Source: an uncultured virus (IMG/VR IMGVR_UViG_3300043539_001111) (lineage: Duplodnaviria; Heunggongvirae; Uroviricota; Caudoviricetes). Taken from it: DNA of 64,000 nucleotides. A program made the position numbers and the translations under genes. Under the pieces are notes generated by a model. It searched no databases. It saw only the letters and a list, made by a program, of their open reading frames with translations, and was not told the origin of the DNA. Below are positions 58,113 to 64,000 of the stretch, in pieces. The stretch lies in the IMG/VR virus record IMGVR_UViG_3300043539_001111, positions 1-64,000 of that record, one strand, 5' to 3'. Within the stretch, counting starts at the first letter, position 1; every line of letters starts with the position of its first letter.

Positions 58113-59639
58113 ATGGCAAAAGAAAAATCTTTAGTTGAAGAAGCTATCATCCAAATGAAAAATTTGGAAGAGGCGGTAGCGGAAAATGCAAAAGGAATAC
58201 TTGCTTCGACAATGTCGCAAGAAATCAAAGAACTAGTAAAAGAATCTCTTACAGAACAAGATGATGAGGAGATTGACACTGAGGTTGACATGGATGACAT
58301 GGATATGGATACAGATATGGACGATACAGAAATGGACGACGTAGATGTTGATATGGATATGGAAGATGACATGGATACCGATAATATGGATATGGATATG
58401 GATGATGAAGACACCATAGACCTTACTGACGTAGAAGATGATGAAGAAATCTTACGTGTATTCCAATTGATGGGACCTGAAGATAATATTGTTGTTACTA
58501 AAGATGATTCTGGTAACATCAGTTTAAAAGACGAAGAGAACAACAAAGAATATATGATTGTTGGTGAAGGTGAAGATGAATTAGAAATGTTCGAAGAATT
58601 TGACGACGAAGAAGAAGATATGGACTTCGATGACGAAGAAGAGGACATGGATTCTGAAGGTATCGAAGATATTATCTCTAGAGTATTTGATAATGACGAC
58701 GAAGATTCTGAATTTGGAGAAAGTGATGAAATGATGTTTGACGAAGAAGAAGATATGGACGATGAAGAAATCGTTTATGAAATTTCTTTTGATGACGAAG
58801 ATGATTCAGAGTTAGAAGAGCAAGACGACATGGACATGGAAATAGAAGAACAAGACGATATGGATATGGATGATGACACAATGATGGAATCTAAAATGTC
58901 TGTAAAACCAAAAGGAACCGGAATGGGTAATCCTAGTAAATTTAAATATGATGCAAAACCAAACCAAAATGGTGGATTTAAAACTGTGAAAAAATCAGTT
59001 AATCCAACAATGGGAACAGGTAAAGCTAAATTTGAATATAAAGAAGGTGAAAATCTTGAAGGAAAAATGAAATCTGTTAAAAAAACAGAAACAAAAGAGC
59101 AAACAACTAAAATTGCTAATACAACTAAAAAAGTTGAACCTAAAGAGGCTTCTCGTACATTAGGTAATGGAAGTAATTTCAGAAGAGGTGGGTTACCAAA
59201 ACCAAGAGCTCACTCATCTTTTAATACCGCAATTAAAGAGAACCAAAACACAAGTGAATTAAAAGTTTTAAGAGAAAAGAATGAAGAATACAGAAAAGCT
59301 CTTAACGTATTTAGAAATAAATTGAATGAGGTTGCAGTGTTTAATTCAAACTTAGCTTACGCTACTCGTTTGTTCACAGAACATTCAACATCAAAACAAG
59401 AAAAAATAAATATCTTAAGAAGATTTGACGGTGTTGAAAACATTAAAGAATCTAAAAACTTATACAAAGTCATTAAAGATGAACTTACAGGGACTGCATC
59501 TCAACCTATGAATGAATCATTAGAAAGAACAATTGCTAAAGCACCTTCAACAGGGTCGGCAGTTAACTTAATTGAATCTAAAACATATGAGAATCCACAG
59601 TTCTTGAGAATGAAAGATTTAATGTCAAAATTAAAATAA
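58113..59639 (+). CDS. prohead scaffold/core protein (gp22-like position)
   Basis: highly acidic, coiled-coil C-terminus, directly before MCP. Confidence 0.75.
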   Translation: MAKEKSLVEEAIIQMKNLEEAVAENAKGILASTMSQEIKELVKESLTEQDDEEIDTEVDMDDMDMDTDMDDTEMDDVDVDMDMEDDMDTDNMDMDMDDEDTIDLTDVEDDEEILRVFQLMGPEDNIVVTKDDSGNISLKDEENNKEYMIVGEGEDELEMFEEFDDEEEDMDFDDEEEDMDSEGIEDIISRVFDNDDEDSEFGESDEMMFDEEEDMDDEEIVYEISFDDEDDSELEEQDDMDMEIEEQDDMDMDDDTMMESKMSVKPKGTGMGNPSKFKYDAKPNQNGGFKTVKKSVNPTMGTGKAKFEYKEGENLEGKMKSVKKTETKEQTTKIANTTKKVEPKEASRTLGNGSNFRRGGLPKPRAHSSFNTAIKENQNTSELKVLREKNEEYRKALNVFRNKLNEVAVFNSNLAYATRLFTEHSTSKQEKINILRRFDGVENIKESKNLYKVIKDELTGTASQPMNESLERTIAKAPSTGSAVNLIESKTYENPQFLRMKDLMSKLK

Positions 59640-59672
59640 AAATAAACTAAAAAATTAATAAAAACCAAAAAA

Positions 59673-61589
59673 ATGGGAGCATTATTAGAATCAGGTCTAG
59701 TTGGTAACATCGGGTTAAAACACCTTAAAGTTATTAAAGAGGACACAATTAATAAATGGGACAAATTAGGATTTCTAGAAGGTCTTAAAGGTCACTTAAG
59801 AGAAAACGTAGCTCAGTTATATGAGAACCAAGCGTCTTTCTTAATAAACGAAGCAACTTCTGACGGGTCTTCAGGTTCATTCGAAACTGTTGTATTTCCT
59901 ATCGTAAGAAGAGTATTCTCTAAATTATTAGCGAATGACATCGTTTCTGTACAAGCTATGAACTTACCAATCGGTAAATTATTCTACTTTGTACCAAAAA
60001 TCCAAGGATATAAAGATGGTATTGCAGGACAATATTCAGGTGAGCACTATGCACCTGTTGGAGCTCCGGGTAACTACAATGATGGTACATTACCTTCACC
60101 TAACGGTACAGGTGGTAATCCAAATGCAGGTTACACTACAGGTTCAGGAACTTATAACCCTGTATACGAAAAAAATCTTTATGATTTATTCTATGAAGGA
60201 AATGAGGCTCAATTAGACCCTCCAGGATTATTTGATTATTCTAAAGGTCGTTGGTCAGCAATCACTGCTACTACAACTATCCAAAAATGGACAGGTGGAG
60301 TTTTAGTTGATGCTAACATTTCAGGAACAACTGATGGAGCAGCAGTTATTGCTTCAGGTAACACAAGAAAAGTTATCATTAAAATGTGTGGTTTTGCTGA
60401 TACAGGTGCAGGAAAATTAATCGGACCTGATGGTAACGAAATGGATACTGAATCATTCTTATCTGACTTAATCGTTTACACAGGAAATGGTTTAACTGTT
60501 TCTTCAACTTCACCATGTACAGTTAGTACAGGTTCTTTATTATTTAGAGTTGTGACTCAAATCTATGGTAGAGGTATTGTGAAATATGGTAATACTACTC
60601 AAACTTACTTCCCTTCAGGTAACCCAGCGGGTACAGCATCTAATACAGGTAACGGTGGTTCATTCAAAAATGTTTGTGACGCTGATGGATGTATTTGGTT
60701 AGAAGTTGATTTATCTTGTCCGGTATGTGCTGATTGTGATTCTACATCTTTAGATGGTTACACAGGTACTACTATCGAAACTGCGGTATCAGGAACTTCA
60801 TTCGCAGCGGCTTTCAGACGTTACGAAGAGTTAGAATTTGAAGATAAAATCGGTGAGGTTTCTTTCGATTTAGATTCAGTTACTGTATCTGTTACAGAAA
60901 GAAAATTAAGAGCACAATGGTCTCCTGAGTTAGCTCAAGACGTTGCGGCTTTCCACAACATCGATGCTGAAGCTGAATTAACAGCTTTATTATCTGAACA
61001 AGTTGCGGCTGAAATCGACCGTGAAATCTTAAGAGATTTACGTAAAGGTGCAGCATGGAACTTACGTTGGGATTACAATGGTTGGAGAAGAATTTCTCAA
61101 ACAACTTCTTATACTCAAAAAGATTGGAACCAAACATTAATTACAGCAATCAACCAATTGTCTGCACAAATCCACAAATCTACATTAAGAGGTGGAGCAA
61201 ACTGGATTGTTGTTTCTTCTGAAGTTTCAGCTATCTTTGATGATTTAGAGTACTTCCACGTATCTAATGCGTCTCCTGAGCAAGACCAATACAACATGGG
61301 TATTGAAAGAGTAGGTACATTAGCAGGTCGTTACCAAGTTTACCGTGACCCTTACTTCCCAGCTAACCAAGTGTTAATTGGACACAAAGGAACATCATTG
61401 TTAGACACAGGATACATTTACGCTCCGTATGTACCATTACAATTAACACCTACAATGTACAACCCATTCAACTTTACACCGATTAAAGGTATAATGACTC
61501 GTTACGCGAAAAAGATGGTAAATAACCGTTTTTACGGAAGAATTACCGTTGATGGTGTTAGAACATTTGACTTAAGAGAATTGAGATAA
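59673..61589 (+). CDS. major capsid protein (T4 gp23-like) with large insertion
   Basis: RKLRAQWSPELAQD, AEIDREIL, YAPYVPL, GIMTRYA. Confidence 0.95.
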   Translation: MGALLESGLVGNIGLKHLKVIKEDTINKWDKLGFLEGLKGHLRENVAQLYENQASFLINEATSDGSSGSFETVVFPIVRRVFSKLLANDIVSVQAMNLPIGKLFYFVPKIQGYKDGIAGQYSGEHYAPVGAPGNYNDGTLPSPNGTGGNPNAGYTTGSGTYNPVYEKNLYDLFYEGNEAQLDPPGLFDYSKGRWSAITATTTIQKWTGGVLVDANISGTTDGAAVIASGNTRKVIIKMCGFADTGAGKLIGPDGNEMDTESFLSDLIVYTGNGLTVSSTSPCTVSTGSLLFRVVTQIYGRGIVKYGNTTQTYFPSGNPAGTASNTGNGGSFKNVCDADGCIWLEVDLSCPVCADCDSTSLDGYTGTTIETAVSGTSFAAAFRRYEELEFEDKIGEVSFDLDSVTVSVTERKLRAQWSPELAQDVAAFHNIDAEAELTALLSEQVAAEIDREILRDLRKGAAWNLRWDYNGWRRISQTTSYTQKDWNQTLITAINQLSAQIHKSTLRGGANWIVVSSEVSAIFDDLEYFHVSNASPEQDQYNMGIERVGTLAGRYQVYRDPYFPANQVLIGHKGTSLLDTGYIYAPYVPLQLTPTMYNPFNFTPIKGIMTRYAKKMVNNRFYGRITVDGVRTFDLRELR

Positions 61590-61671
61590 TCAATATCTTA
61601 TGATATACCAAAAAGAGGACAAATATTTGTCCTCTTTTTTTTTATCTTATATTTATATTAAAAGAAAAATT

Positions 61672-62802
61672 ATGAAAAATTTATTTGAAATTTCAAGTGA
61701 AGAAAAAAATAGAATTTTAGGACTTCATGAAAGTGCTACTAAAAAACTTTATTTAATTAAAGAAGATATTACAGAACCTATAAAATTTAATATTTCAAAT
61801 TCGTTTCCTAGTGGTGAATATGAGTTAAATAATACTACTGAAATTGATAATGCAATAAAACAAATTAATGATTATTTAAAATCCGGTAAAGGTTCATTTA
61901 ACACTATCGTGATTAATTCATCAGAATCGAAAGTTCCAAATGAAGGTGTAGGGTTAAACTCAGGAGATTTATCCAAATTAAGAGCTTCGGAAGTTGAAAA
62001 ATATATAAAATCAAAATTAGGTGATAAAATATCTATTAAAATTAATAATTTAGGAGCTCAAGGTCCTGAGTGGGATGAAACCAAAGGTTCTAAACACCCT
62101 GACTATACAAAATATCAATATGTAACTTTAAATTTATCCGCAGAAAAATCTACTGAGAAGTGTAACTTTAACATTGACTATGAAGGAGTTCAAGGTTCTA
62201 AATCGAATAATTATATTGCAATTTTACCTTCAAAATATCAAAATGACTTAAATGATAAAGGTAAATTGAGTTTTGATACGGGAACAATGCCTGATAGATT
62301 AATTGTTACTGATACTCAAAAACAAATAACATTAGACACCGGATATGTATCTACAGAATTATATTTGGATGATATAATAAATTATATACCTGCGTGGGTT
62401 GATAGTTTAACTAAAATATATAACCAAAAATCCCCTGCAGTTAGTGGTAGTAAAATAATTACTAAAAATGTTTCATCAATAGATGAATTAGTTTCATTGA
62501 TTTTTAAAAACGAAAAATTAAAAAATATTTCATTAGATTTAATTAACAAAAATGATTTGAAAAAATTAAAGTCAATATTACAAGCTAATACAGGTACTGG
62601 TGAAGTTTCTTTAGGATTCGTTAATTTATTAGAGCAATATAATAATGGTGTTAGAGAGTTCGTACTTTATGAAAAAAGAACTACACCATATGAATTAGTA
62701 TATGATACTAGTAAAGGTAATAATTTATTTTTTGTTTATGCACCTATTGGGGGTCCTGGAATGGGGTCAACAGGATTTAAAATAGAGGGAGGTTGTATTT
62801 AA
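61672..62802 (+). CDS. protein with MKNLFEISSEEKNRIL N-terminus and OmpA-like domain
   Basis: FPSGEY..SSESKVPN..LSKLRASEVEKY..YQYV. Confidence 0.7.
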   Translation: MKNLFEISSEEKNRILGLHESATKKLYLIKEDITEPIKFNISNSFPSGEYELNNTTEIDNAIKQINDYLKSGKGSFNTIVINSSESKVPNEGVGLNSGDLSKLRASEVEKYIKSKLGDKISIKINNLGAQGPEWDETKGSKHPDYTKYQYVTLNLSAEKSTEKCNFNIDYEGVQGSKSNNYIAILPSKYQNDLNDKGKLSFDTGTMPDRLIVTDTQKQITLDTGYVSTELYLDDIINYIPAWVDSLTKIYNQKSPAVSGSKIITKNVSSIDELVSLIFKNEKLKNISLDLINKNDLKKLKSILQANTGTGEVSLGFVNLLEQYNNGVREFVLYEKRTTPYELVYDTSKGNNLFFVYAPIGGPGMGSTGFKIEGGCI

Positions 62803-62812
62803 TCACCCTTTT

Positions 62813-63067
62813 TTAATTAATTTTAATTCTTTTAGTTTCTTTATCGTGGACATTTCCTGATTTGTCTTCATAAACAATTCCTTCAACATAAACATCGTTA
62901 TGGGTTATTTTATATGAGCCAATAACTTTTACTTTATAAACTTTAGATAAGGAGTCCATTTTTTGAGTAACGGTTTGGTCTATTTTTTTGGTTGAAACTT
63001 TTTTCTTTTCTTGAGAAAACGACAAACCACTAACTAATAATAACAAGATAATTAATAATTTTTTCAT
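62813..63067 (-). CDS. secreted protein (signal peptide)
   Basis: MKKLLIILLLLVSGLSFSQ. Confidence 0.7.
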   Translation of the reverse strand: MKKLLIILLLLVSGLSFSQEKKKVSTKKIDQTVTQKMDSLSKVYKVKVIGSYKITHNDVYVEGIVYEDKSGNVHDKETKRIKIN

Positions 63068-63103
63068 AATATAAATATTTTTTACAAATGTAATTATTAT
63101 TTT

Positions 63104-63334
63104 TTACTCTACAACATTTTTTTCAACTTTATTTAAAGTTCTAATTGATTTTGAGATGATTTCAGATTCCCCCAATGAAAATATCCCTGAATGAAATGCA
63201 AAACTAACTGCTTGTGTTAGGATATAGATTGATTGTTCTTTATCCATTGTTGATAGTAGGACATCTAAATGGTCTTCGTTGTACAATGGGATTGTATTAA
63301 ATAATTTTCCGAATAGTTCTTGTTGTTGTTCCAT
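63104..63334 (-). CDS. hypothetical protein
   Basis: ORF track. Confidence 0.65.
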   Translation of the reverse strand: MEQQQELFGKLFNTIPLYNEDHLDVLLSTMDKEQSIYILTQAVSFAFHSGIFSLGESEIISKSIRTLNKVEKNVVE

Positions 63335-63362
63335 AATTAAAATTTTGTATATTTATAAGTAT

Positions 63363-64000
63363 ATGAATAAAAATAACAAAAATCAAATTAAAGAGGCAAC
63401 CGGTCATCGTGGCTCGGGACAAGTAAGAGTTCCTTTGAGCCCGGGAGTTAGATTGTTCAATAAAGAGCAACTACAACCATTTACTGTACCTACATCAAAA
63501 TATGATAGTGCTGAATTAGCGTTTGATAGTTATGATGGTGAGATGAGTACTCCAAAATCTAAAATATCTAAAATAGAGAAAGAATCAAGAAAAATTGCCA
63601 AATACGTAAAAAAACATCCGGAGCAGAATGATGAAGAAGGTGGGGTATTAAATCAAACTCCTGGTAAAGGTAAGAAAATTGTTCCTATTGATGAAAATAC
63701 AACGACCGTTAGTGCCGGAGAATACAATGGTCCTATTGAATTAGGTTTGAGAAAATGGATTAAATCTGAATTAGACCCATTTGTAAATACCCTTGAATCT
63801 GAATTTAATAATAAGAGTAAAAGTAAAACATTAAAAGGTAATAGAGACACCGTTGTTGGTATGTGGGAAAAAGGTGTGGATGGTACATACCACATTGATA
63901 CATACGATGTAAATACGGTTAATGAATGGGTTGAGATAACCAAAGACACCCTTATAGAAGATGTTGTCCCAAATGGACTAAAAACCCCTTCAAAAAATGA
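63363..64000 (+). CDS. hypothetical protein, truncated by window end
   Basis: open frame from ATG 63363 (MNKNNKNQIKEATG...) to the end. Confidence 0.7.
   Translation, partial: MNKNNKNQIKEATGHRGSGQVRVPLSPGVRLFNKEQLQPFTVPTSKYDSAELAFDSYDGEMSTPKSKISKIEKESRKIAKYVKKHPEQNDEEGGVLNQTPGKGKKIVPIDENTTTVSAGEYNGPIELGLRKWIKSELDPFVNTLESEFNNKSKSKTLKGNRDTVVGMWEKGVDGTYHIDTYDVNTVNEWVEITKDTLIEDVVPNGLKTPSKN

Noticed and set aside
58103..58648. Ser-rich antisense ORFs (also 6976, 9189, 13886, 42572 and others)
   Set aside because: Shadow frames of real genes on the opposite strand.
1..64000. Stop-codon recoding (code 15 or 4)
   Set aside because: Long core genes are intact in code 11, TAG and TGA end genes at sensible points, and no CTA/TCA-anticodon tRNA was seen.

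Overview
AT-rich segment of a large T4-like (jumbo/huge) phage genome, read in the standard genetic code. TTTG-N19-21-TAnnTTTG promoters and a bS21 gene point to a Bacteroidota host. From left to right it holds: accessory and putative internal-head genes (0-16 kb); a glycosyltransferase cluster (16-20 kb); two tRNA arrays (21.4-24.8 kb and 25.7-28.1 kb) with atypical tRNAs, tRNA-like RNAs and unexplained structured RNAs; an RNA end-healing/ligase cluster and lysis-like genes (29-35 kb); more tRNA-like RNAs, a ~850-nt GOLLD-like RNA, smpB and tmRNA (36-39 kb); a Clp ATPase; and the head module (terminase, portal, bS21, prohead protease, scaffold, major capsid). Main finding: each tRNA array is preceded by a short leader ORF plus an antiterminator/terminator pair, and each leader's codons match the amino acids of the tRNAs in its own array. 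This looks like a ribosome-mediated attenuator that senses tRNA shortage and switches on the matching phage tRNAs. All calls were made by eye; no searches or folding programs were run.
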